A stretch of 64,000 bases of DNA. Source: Isurus oxyrinchus. Taxonomy: Eukaryota. The stretch lies in NCBI GenBank assembly GCA_026770705.1, contig JANJGN010000016.1, positions 88,226,001-88,290,000 on the forward strand, in the 5' to 3' direction. Of the stretch, positions 51,043 to 60,332 are shown piece by piece. The stretch's first letter is position 1. Every line of letters starts with the position of its first letter. The position numbers and the translations under genes were made by a program. The notes under the pieces are model-generated. The model saw only the letters and a list, made by a program, of their open reading frames with translations. It had not been told where the DNA came from and searched no databases.

Positions 51043-51081
51043 CACACTGAGAGCTTCCAGTGCAGGGGCTGTACAAAAACC
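51043..51081 (+). other. 23-bp-spacer recombination signal sequence of J
   Basis: CACACTG (51043-51049, one mismatch to CACAGTG), 23-bp spacer, ACAAAAACC (51073-51081). Confidence 0.96.
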
Positions 51082-51097
51082 TCAGCTCTCTGCTTCA

Positions 51098-51330
51098 CTC
51101 AGTCACTCTCACCCTCTCTCTGTCTCTCTCACACTCACCTTTAACTCACTCTCACCCTCTCTCTGTCTCTCACTCACACTCACCTTTAACTCACTCTCAC
51201 CCTCTCTCTGTCTCTCACTCACACTCACCTTTAACTCACTCTCACCCTCTCTCTGTCTCTCACTCACACTCACCTTTAACTCACTCTCACCCTCTCTCTG
51301 TCTCTCACTCACACTCACCTTTAACTCTCG
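51098..51330 (+). repeat. 45-bp pyrimidine-rich minisatellite, ~5 copies, in the V-J spacer
   Basis: Unit CACTCACACTCACCTTTAACTCACTCTCACCCTCTCTCTGTCTCT; 15-aa periodicity in ORF 51109..51318. Confidence 0.92.
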
Positions 51331-51454
51331 CTCTTTTCCTCTCTCTGCTTCTCAATGTCTTTGTTTTGTTCCAAGAGTTGAGAGTCCTGATTTTATTTGA
51401 TAAATCTTTCAGCTGCTCTTCATATGTGGACATGGAGGGTAAGAGGTAAAGTGA

Positions 51455-51942
51455 CCATCATTATATATTATAAATAATTGTGGGATATGTCAGTACAGGA
51501 GGTGGGACTGTGTGTCCATTATTATATATTCTATATAACTGTGGGATGTGTCAGTACAGGAGGTGGGACTGTGTGTCCATTATTATATATTATATATAAC
51601 TGTGGGATGTGTCAGTACAGGAGGTGGGACTGTGTGTCCATTATTATATATTCTATATAACTGTGGGATGTGTCAGTACAGGAGGTGGGACTGTGTGTCC
51701 ATTATTATATATTATATATAACTGTGGGATGTGTCAGTACAGGAGGTGGGACTGTGTGTCCATTATTATATAATCTATATAACTGTGGGATGTGTCAGTA
51801 CAAGAGGTGGTGCTGCGTGTCCATTATTATATATTCTATATAACTGTGGGATGTATCAGTACAGGAGGTGGGACTGTGTGTCCATTATTATATATTCTAT
51901 ATAACTGTGGGATGTGTCAGTACAGGAGGTGGTGCTGTGTGT
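51455..51942 (+). repeat. 61-bp minisatellite, 8 copies, abutting the V RSS
   Basis: Unit CCATTATTATATATTCTATATAACTGTGGGATGTGTCAGTACAGGAGGTGGGACTGTGTGT. Confidence 0.94.
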
Positions 51943-51947
51943 ATTGA

Positions 51948-51975
51948 GGTTTTTGTCAGGCTCTGTATCACTGTG
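51948..51975 (-). other. 12-bp-spacer recombination signal sequence of V (perfect consensus)
   Basis: Minus strand CACAGTG (51975-51969), 12-bp spacer, ACAAAAACC (51956-51948). V-12/J-23 is the kappa-type configuration. Confidence 0.98.
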
Positions 51976-52270
51976 TAGGGGTTGCTTTGCCACTGCTGAC
52001 AGTAATAATCAGCGACATCCTCATTCTGTACATTGCTGATTGTCAGGGTGAATTGAGTGCCAGATCCACTGCCGGTGAATCGCTCGGATGTTCCTGTGAA
52101 TCGGTTTGTTACCGTATAGATCAGGAGAGTGGGTTTCTGTCCTTCTCGCTGCTGGTACCAACTCACATAGCTGCTAACAGACTGACTGGCCGTACAGGTG
52201 ATGGTGGCGGTCTGGCCCAGGCTCACTGACACCAGGGGAGGCTGTTTCATGGTGATGTCCCCACTGATAC
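51976..52270 (-). CDS. IGKV: Ig kappa-type V exon (leader part 2 plus V region), unrearranged
   Basis: Acceptor CCCTCAG|GT. Translation [98 protein letters not shown]; conserved Cys, WYQQ and DYYC, with no stops. Confidence 0.98.
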
Positions 52271-52456
52271 CTGAGGGGTAATAAAGAAACAGAGTGAAGT
52301 AAGAACTGTCACACAAAGAGCCTGTAAAATGAGATATTGTTAGAGACAGTGACCGTTCCTCTGCTTTCAGCATTTTCCCTTCAATCACAAGTCAGTCGAA
52401 TTGGCTGGAAATGGAGAGCAGGAAAATATTCACGGTGGAAGGAGAGAGATTTGTAC

Positions 52457-52505
52457 CTGCGATGCAGAATGCCAGAGGCCAGATCAGCTGGATGGCTGAA
52501 ATCAT
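52457..52505 (-). CDS. Ig light-chain leader exon (signal peptide part 1)
   Basis: ACACC-ATG, then MISAIQLIWPLAFCIA G|GTACAA. 49 nt, phase-1 donor, 186-bp intron, in frame with the V exon. Confidence 0.95.
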
Positions 52506-52565
52506 GGTGTCTGCTCCTGTCCCTGTGCCTGGTCACTGATAAACTCTCCCTTCACTGGGCTCAGC

Positions 52566-52663
52566 TTTATAATGCTGCAGCCTGTCAGAGTCTCACTGGC
52601 TGTTCCTCAGTATGTAAATGGTATCACCCAGAGAGAACCACGTCAGCACCTTTCACTTCCTCT
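52566..52663 (-). promoter_or_regulatory. V-gene promoter: TATA, octamer variant, CRE/UPRE-type site, Ets-IRF composite
   Basis: Minus strand: AGAGGAAGTGAAA (52663-52651), TGACGTGG (52645-52638), ATTTACAT (52619-52612; consensus ATTTGCAT), TATAAA (52571-52566). Confidence 0.8.
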
Positions 52664-52707
52664 TCAACTCTCTCGCTCTGCCTCTCTATCCCTCCCTCTG
52701 TCTGTCT

Positions 52708-52875
52708 NNNNNNNNNNNNNNNNNNNNNNNNNNNNNNNNNNNNNNNNNNNNNNNNNNNNNNNNNNNNNNNNNNNNNNNNNNNNNNNNNNNNNNNNNNNNN
52801 NNNNNNNNNNNNNNNNNNNNNNNNNNNNNNNNNNNNNNNNNNNNNNNNNNNNNNNNNNNNNNNNNNNNNNNNNNN
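52708..52875. other. Assembly gap (168 N) within CT-rich sequence
   Basis: Run of N bases. Confidence 1.
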
Positions 52876-53547
52876 CCCTCACCACCTTTTCCATCTCTCT
52901 CTGCCTCCCCATCTCTCTCTCCCACCCTCCATTGTTCTGGAATTCTCTAACTGACTCTATAACAGGCGTTATTACTGGAGGTTGGAACACTTTGAGTCCT
53001 GGTGCAGCAGTTAAATGTTCCCTCTCTCTCTCGCTCAGTCTCACAGTCTCCACCTCGCTCTCTCTTTCCCACAGTCTCCCAGGGGGAACGCAGTGAAATG
53101 AAGGGTAAAACTCCCTCTGCTCTGCCCCACCAATGGATGTGAACCCTTGACCCCAGAAGCATGTCTTCTCCTGGAGTAAGGCCCCAATCCCCACACTGAC
53201 CATGCTTTGGCCTCTCTCAGTCAGACTGACAGATTATTGTCAAATTAAGGGCAGTTCTGTGCTGTTGGCCAATTCTCACTGGGGACTGGTTTGTAAACAA
53301 ACCTCATTTCATGAAGGCCCAGCAGAGAGAGGAGACCCTCACCCCATCAGTGTGAGCTGGAGGGACAGGGCAGAGTCTGACCCACTGAGCCATCCTGTCC
53401 ATTCAGAACCATGTTCGAATCCCTTCCCCTCTCCCTCCCTTTCCATGGTCAGGCTCCGGGTCAGTGTGTTTTACTGGGATGAGGGGTGGACGATCACACA
53501 TTTACAACAGAAAGGAACTGTCCTCCACATCGACCATGGTGTCCATG

Positions 53548-53655
53548 TCCCACTGGACCCTCCAATAGGGACCAGGAAACATGGGCCTCCTTCCCACTGG
53601 AACCTCCAATAGGGACCAGTAAACATGGGCCTCCTGACTGCTGGACCTCCAGTGG
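53548..53655 (+). repeat. 44-bp tandem duplication (2 copies plus a partial)
   Basis: TCCCACTGGA.CCTCCAATAGGGACCAG.AAACATGGGCCTCCT at 53548 and 53592. Confidence 0.8.
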
Positions 53656-55160
53656 CTGAGTTTCAAACTGAGTTTCATCGTCTCCATCACGGCTGCTGGA
53701 CAATCTTAATGGGAGAGGGTGAATTGCCAGAGTTTGTGGTTCACATTGTTTCCAATGACATTGTTCAAAAGAGGGATGAGGCACTGAAAGCAAATTTCAC
53801 AGAGCTAAGTGAGTCATTAAAACGCAAGAGTTCAGAGGGAGTAATCTCCCGGTTAGTGCCAGTGCCATGAGCTAGTGAGCATAGAGAACGGAGGCTGGAG
53901 CTGATGAGTACGTGGCTGGAGAGACAGTGTAGGAGGGATGGGTTCAGTTTCCTGGGACATTGGGACTGGTTCTACAGGAGGTGGGACCTGTACAAGCCGG
54001 ATGGTTTGCACCTCAGTGGGCCTGGGTCCAATATCCTTGGGGGAGGTTTGCTCGTGCTGTTGGGGGGGTTTAAACTCGTTTGGCAGGGGGATGGGAACCT
54101 GAGGGTCGACTCAGATGGGGCAACATCAGAGCTGTAATGGAGGGCAGAAAATCAGAGTGAGTCTGGAAGACAGAGGAAACAAAAGATAGAAAATAACAAA
54201 GAGAATTGGACTTGCTACATACGACATACAGAGGAGCTGAGGGCACAGATAGCAGTGTGATATTATAGCGATTACAGAAACATGACTGAAAGAGGGACAG
54301 GAATAGCAGCTCAACATTCCTGGTTACAGGGTTGTTAGGTGTTTAAAAAGGGAGCGAGGGATAGACCGAATAATTACAGACCAGTCAGTCCATAGTGACT
54401 GTAGTCTTAGGGAATGTAGTGACTGTAGCTTTAAGACTTATTGTGCTGTGTAGTATCATGTGACAGTGTGAATGAATCAGTCTGAGCGCGGGGAACCTTA
54501 GTGGGACAGGGGGTGGGGAGGTGGTAATTTTTTGTGTTTAGTTGTGGATGTGATGGAAAAGTGTAACGGCTGCTGAAGCCCTGCAAATAAAGTTCACTCT
54601 TTCTTATGAGAAACCTGTCTGGAAAATCAAGTCTGTAAACAGCCTGAGCTCAGTCGTAGGCAAATAATTGGAATAAATTCTGTAGACAGGATAAACTGGC
54701 ACTTAGAAAGGCAGTGATTAACCAAGGACATCAGCATGGATTTGATGAGGGAAGGTCATGCCTGAATAATCTGTTGAATTTTTTGAGGAAGCAACAAGGA
54801 GGATTGATGAGGGTAGAGTAGTCACTGTGGTCTACATGGATTTAAACAAGGTTGTTGAAATATAAGAGCATGGGGCTTATTCTGGAACTGTATAAATCAT
54901 TAGTTAAATTTATAGTGATTGGGAGAAAGATTAGATGGGAGATGAGGCTCTGGAACTCACGGTCTGAAAGGGTCACAGAGGCAGGAACACTCAAACCATT
55001 TAAAAGGTGTCTGGATATGAACCTCAAGAGCCTTAACCTGGAGGACTACAGACCAAACGCTGGAAAGTGGGATTCGGCCAGACGGCTCGTATTTCAGTGG
55101 CACAGACATGATGGGCCGAGTGGTCTCTTTCTGTGCCAGAAACTTTCTATGATTTTATGT
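53648..55160 (+). mobile_element. CR1 LINE, heavily deleted (ORF1 SGNH, EN, RT and 3' end pieces)
   Basis: GEGELPEFVVHIVSNDI..FLGHWDWF..DLYKPDGLHL (ORF1), IAITET-like EN start, FKKG.RD.PNNYRPVS, QHGF, and a 3' tail. Confidence 0.87.
54391..54641 (+). mobile_element. Probable solo LTR inserted in the CR1
   Basis: Interrupts the CR1 RPVS|LTSVVGK coding run. Starts with TAGTGACTGTAG duplicated as TGTAGTGACTGTAG, has AATAAA at ~54586 and ends ..TAAACA. Confidence 0.5.
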
Positions 55161-55597
55161 GGGCATCTCATTTCCATCCCCACAATATTGTCCGTCTCGA
55201 CACTACATCAGCCCCTAGACCACAGAAACCCTTTCCCTGCTTGTCTTGCCTCCTAACTTCATTATTCTAATGTCCTCTCCTGGCATCCTTCATCCACACT
55301 CCATAAACCCCAAATTGCCCAAAGTGCAGAGTTCCATACACTGTCCCACACCAAGTGTTGTTCCAGCACTAGCACTGACATCACTGACCTGCCTGGCCTC
55401 ACTGACCTGTTACCCATGAACTCACTGACCTGTTACCCCTCACCTTATTGACCTGCTCCACTATGGGGACAGAGAGGGGGAGTGGGACTCACTGGGTAAC
55501 TCACAGGCAGGATGGGCTGAATGGCCTCCTTCTGTGCTGTAAGATTCTAGGTAGTGGACACGGTTCACAGTTTTCTCCCGTGTCAGTAACAAACATC

Positions 55598-55703
55598 CAG
55601 CTGCTCTGAGCTCCTTCTTTCACTTCCTCTCTTGGTTACGTTTCAGTCTTGCGATCGGACAATCTTTGCAGTTATTTTTTACACTGGGGGTTTCTGCTGT
55701 GGT
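55598..55703. promoter_or_regulatory. Candidate upstream B-cell enhancer
   Basis: CAGCTG 55598-55603; TTTCACTTCCTCT 55618-55630 (Ets-IRF composite); TGTGGT 55698-55703. Lies in a non-repetitive island between TE fragments. Confidence 0.45.
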
Positions 55704-56409
55704 CTGAATCTGTAATAATAACTGTCCGATCAGTGAAAAGAACAGCAGCTAAGAGCAGTCAGGACTGAGGAGGCAGGCTCACTGGGAAACACATTGGGAA
55801 GATCAAAGCCATCGTCTTCAGCTCCCGATACAAACTCCATCCCTCTCCCTGAGCACTGTCTGCTGCTGAACCAGACTCTTCACAACCTTGGCCTCATCTT
55901 TCACCCCGATCTGACCCCCCAAATCCTCCACATCACAAAGATCAGCCACTTGCCCCGATAACTGGAATGTGCTGACTACACAGAAGGAGCGGTTTAACAA
56001 ACAGGGAGGAGAAGAGTCAAAGACTTGGGGAGAGTAGAGACGGATGAGGGAAGGGACAGATAGGTGACTGACACAATTCAATGCAGAGGAGTTTGAGATG
56101 ATGGGTTTGAGGGGGAAAAGTAGTGAAAAGATGGTGAAGGATGTGTAGAAGCAGAGAGAGCTTGGCTCCAATTCCATCATTCCCTGAAAGTGGAAGTGCA
56201 GATTGATAAAGCCTTGAATTAAAATGATCAACAGCGTTAGGAATGGACAAACTACAGAGAGTAGAAATGGGAAATCCAAACAGAGAATTCACTAACCATT
56301 CAGCAGCCTGTGGGGAATGAAAGTGTGGGTTGTAGTTCAAACTGCAGTTAATAAACAGGTGAATCTGTGGAGAATACAGGACGATGGGGAGAGAGCAGGG
56401 GAGTGGGAT

Positions 56410-57300
56410 TAGGAATATAGGAACAGGAGGAGGCCATGCAGCCCCTCGAGCCTGTCCCACCATTCAATTAGATCATGGCTGATCTGTATCTTAACTCCAT
56501 TTCTCCAGCTTGCCCCATAACCCTCAATCCCCTTGTGTAAGAAAAACCTAACAAGCTCAGGTTTAACATTTTCATGTGACCGCCCTCTCCCAGCCCCAAC
56601 AGCATTTTTTCTCAGGGGGAGAGAGTTCCAGATTTCCACTCCCCTTCCAGTGAAGAATTGCTTCCTGACATCACCCCTGAACGGCCGAGCTCGAATTTGA
56701 AGATTCTGCCCCCTCGTTCTCGACTCCCCCACCAGAGGACATGGTTTCTCTCCATCTACACTAATCAGATTAAGTCTTTATTCATCTTAAACACCTCAAT
56801 TAGATCTCAGTTCAAGACAATACAAGCTGAGTTTATACAATCTGTCCTGACAACTTAACCCTTTTAACCCCGGGATCATTCAGCTGAATCTGAGCTGTGC
56901 CCTCTCCATGGTCAATATATCCTTCCTGAGGTGCGGTGCCCACAACTGATAAATATTGTGGAAAGCTGAGGCTCCAGCACAGATCCCTGGGGACATCACT
57001 ATTCACATCTTGCTCATTGGAGCACATACACATTATCCCTACTCTCTGTCTCCTGCCTCCTAACCAGTTCCTCATCCATGGCAACAGGTTTCCTCAAATT
57101 CCATCTGCTTCCATTATTATTCACAGTCTCTCATGGGGAATCTTCCCTAATGTCTCCTGGAAATCAATATCAATAACAATCCATAGATTCTCTCTAATCT
57201 ACCATCTTGGTGACCACTTCAAAAATGTAACCAGGTTAGTTAAAGATGTCTGATCCTTTTTAAATCCATGCTGACTCTCTCTGATCAGTTCATATTTGTC
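56410..57300 (-). mobile_element. CR1 LINE 3' portion
   Basis: GESRTRGQNLQIRARPFRGDVRKQFFTGRGVEIWNSLP, WMRNWLGGRRQRV, and the CR1 3' tail at ~56410-56480. Confidence 0.88.
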
Positions 57301-57599
57301 ACTCATTCTGTCTCTAATAACAGGTTCCAGTCACTTCCCCATAACAGACATTAAACTGAGAGGTTAGTTCTGAATGATCTGAGTGCACAGCTAGCACAGA
57401 CACAAGGGGCTGAATGGCCTCCTCCTGTGCTATAGGCTTATCAGGCTCCTTGACTGAAACATATGGATGGGAACAGGAGGTGGGCTGGAGCTTAAACAAT
57501 GAGTTAAATGTAGACAGAGTGTCATTAGTGGGTAATGTACAGTGTACATTGTGTCCATGAGCCTCTCGAAAAGATGTCTTTCTCTTTTTCCCTTTTCAG

Positions 57600-57690
57600 C
57601 TCCAGGCCTCTCATTAAGGAGCTGAAAGAATATTTAGTGAAGAAGTTTGCGGAGTGTGCGGGCTGTGTGAAGGATTTCGGCAGTGACTGA
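57600..57690 (+). other. Possible orphan terminal coding exon (unidentified)
   Basis: Strong acceptor TCTTTCTCTTTTTCCCTTTTCAG|C, open frame SRPLIKELKEYLVKKFAECAGCVKDFGSD*, and ATTAAA at 57933-57938. Confidence 0.3.
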
Positions 57691-57979
57691 TGATTGCAGC
57701 TCCTTGTTCAGTCTGCTCCTCCCTCACCACTGATCAAGACATGTAACCTCGTGTCACACTGAGTGAGATTACAATCAATATCATAGCGTCAGTCACAGAA
57801 AACAACAGCATCACAGTCTGAGACACTGGGACAGATATCACTGCGTCACGTCAAAGAACAGAGCCCTGATCCCCTCCCACCATGCTCAGAAACCATAGAG
57901 CATCGAAAATATACTGACAAACACCCCCTTATATTAAACACTCACACCCAGAGAACATCTACAGAGGGACAAGGCAGGA

Positions 57980-58127
57980 TAGAGATTGAGAGAGAGAGAG
58001 AGAGAGAGAGGGGGAGAGAGAGAGAGAGTGAGAGAGAGACAGAGAGATGGAGAGAGAGGCAGAGAGATAGAGAGAGAGAGGGTGAGATGGAGAGTTAGGT
58101 ATAGAAGGGGAGCGACATAGAGTGTTT

Positions 58128-58166
<39 letters not shown>

Positions 58167-58201
58167 TGAGAGAGAGGGATGGTTAGTGTGAGAGAGAGAG
58201 A
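57980..58201 (+). repeat. (GA)n-rich microsatellite
   Basis: Interrupted GAGA runs. Confidence 0.95.
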
Positions 58202-58249
58202 CTCTGTGTCAGCTCCTGTACCTGTCAGAGTGAAGAAGTCTTATTATAA

Positions 58250-58987
58250 ACAAAAACAGAATTACCTGGAAAAACTCATCAGGTCTGGCAGCATCGGAGG
58301 AGAAGAAAAGAGTTGACGTTTCGAGTCCTCATGACCCTTCGACAGAACTTGATTTCGAGTCCAAGAAAGAGTTGAAATATAAGCTGGTTTAAGGTGTGTG
58401 TGGGGGGGCGGAGAGAGAGAGAGAGAGAGGTGGTTGTGTAGACAAACAAGCAGTGATAGAAGCAGATCATCAAAAGATGTCAGCAACAATGGTACAATAG
58501 AACACATAGGTGTTAAAGTTAAAGTTGGTGACATTATCTAAACGAATGTGCTAATTAAGAATGGATGGTAGGGCACTCAAGGTACAGCTCTAGTGGGGGT
58601 GGAGGGAGCATAAAAGATTTTAAAATATTTAAAAATAATGGAAATAGGTGGGAAAAGAAAAATCTATATAATTTATTGGGGAAAAAACAGGGGGAAACAG
58701 AAAGGGGGTGGGTTGGGGGAGGGAGCTCACGACCTAAAGTTGTTGAATTCAATATTCAGACCGGAAGGCTGTAAGGTGCCTAGTCGGAAGATGAGGTGTT
58801 GTTCCTCCAGTTTGCGTTGGGCTTCACTGGAACAATGCAGCAAGCCAAGGACAGACATGTGGGCAAGAGAGCAGGGTGGAGTGTTAAAATGGCAAGCGAC
58901 AGGGAGGTTTGGGTCATTCTTGCGGACAGACCGCAGGTGTTCTGCAAAGCGGTCGCCCAGTTTACGTTTGGTCTCTCCAGTGTAGAG
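58250..58987 (-). mobile_element. Penelope-like retroelement 3' end (GIY-YIG C-terminal half)
   Basis: LYTGETKRKLGDRFAEHLRSVRKNDPNLPVACHFN..KLEEQHLIFRLGTLQPSGLNIEFNNFRS, homologous to ORF 27305..28045. Confidence 0.93.
58311..58349 (-). ncRNA. Hammerhead ribozyme variant (CUGUCGA core) in the second Penelope element
   Basis: Minus strand AGTT-CTGTCGA-A-GGGTC-ATGAG-GACTC-GAAA-CG-TC-AACT: perfect 4-bp stem I, stem II and a GUC site, with core A6 replaced by U. Confidence 0.7.
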
Positions 58988-58999
58988 TCTTATTATAAT

Positions 59000-59250
59000 T
59001 CTATCGGACCTCGGTGAGACCACACATGGATTACTGTGTACAGATTCGGTCTCCTTACCTAAGGAAGGATATACCAGCCTTGGAAGGAGTGCAGCAGAGA
59101 TTCCCCAGAGTGATTCCTGGGATGACGGGATTGTCCGATGAGGAGAGATTGAGTAGACTGGGACATTATTCCCTGGAGTTTAGAAGAATGAGAGGTGATC
59201 CCATTGAAATATATAAAATTCTTAAAGTGATTGACAGGGTAGAGAGTGAG
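59000..59250 (+). mobile_element. CR1 ORF2 C-terminal fragment
   Basis: RPHMDYCVQ.RSPYLRKDI.ALEGVQQRF.R.IPGM.GLS.EERLSRLG.YSLEFRRMRGD.IEIYKIL. Confidence 0.9.
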
Positions 59251-59577
59251 AGGGTGAGACCGGCAGCTTCCCTCACTGAGTCCCTTGTGTTTTACAGCAA
59301 TCCAGCAGGATTTATGGACAATTTCTGCAGCCAGAACACAAATGATCAGATTTATCCAATTCCATTTCACTATTTCCCATCCTGGGATTTGAACTCATCC
59401 CCTCTGGGTTCCTGGCTCAATCCCATTCCCTACAGGGAAGAAGTGGTGGTGTGGATTGAGAGAGGCTGAAAGGCAGGGAGCAAGGGGATTGCATTAACCG
59501 GGAATGCACAGAGCAACAGGTTAGTCTGCACCAAACTGCAGCACAGGTGGAGAGAATGGACAGTAACCTCGTTCCAC

Positions 59578-59830
59578 CTGATCTCCATCCCTCCCTCTGA
59601 GTGTCCGACCTTCCTCTCAGATACACACCTCCCTGATCTCCATCCCTCCCTCTGAGTGTCTGACCTTCCACTCATCTACACACCACTCTGATTTCCATCC
59701 CTCCCTCTGAGTGTCCGACCTTCCTCTCAGATACACACCACTCTGATCTCCATCCGTCTCTCTATCTGACATCAATCCCTATCTCTATCTGACCTCCATC
59801 CCTCTCTCTATCTATCATCCATCCCTCTCT
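59578..59830 (+). repeat. 55-bp minisatellite, ~3.5 copies, decaying
   Basis: CTGATCTCCATCCCTCCCTCTGAGTGTCCGACCTTCC.. at 59578, 59633, 59688 and 59743. Confidence 0.85.
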
Positions 59831-60332
59831 CTCTTTTAGCTGCTGACGCTCAGATCTGACTCAATTACAGTTAATCCCGTTATGAACAGTGTCGGCCTAT
59901 TTGGAATGTCAGTTTGATGAAGTCAGTTTGAGCCATTACTCCAAGGACATCACAGATGGTTTGTACATAGGGTAACCCACAAACCAGAGAATTGTGTCAG
60001 TAAACATAGAGAGAATGAAAGATACAATTAAAACTTTATTAATATGGTTATTAGAGCTGTGACACTACATAGTTAAAATGTTAGTGATGATATATCCTGC
60101 TGAGTAATATATAGAGAAGCCTGAGTAATAAATAATATATATCATTTCATGTTACATTATTTATTACAATAATATATTACAATTATATATTGTCTATATA
60201 CAGTAATATATGCAGATCAGATAATTGTGCCAATGTATAAAGATCTAAAAAATGCAACAATAAAGGTTTTGGAATATGATGTTCAGCAAAATGTCATTTT
60301 TATAGTTTAACAATGGTTACTTATTGGTGAAG

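Noticed and set aside
51455-51942. CRISPR-like array (also considered for 24171-24829)
   Set aside because: Head-to-tail repeats with no unique spacers, no cas genes, and a vertebrate context.
51897-52388. ORF-track 163-aa protein as the real V product
   Set aside because: Its N-terminus is intron and its C-terminus reads through the RSS. The real structure is the spliced leader (52505-52457) plus the V exon.
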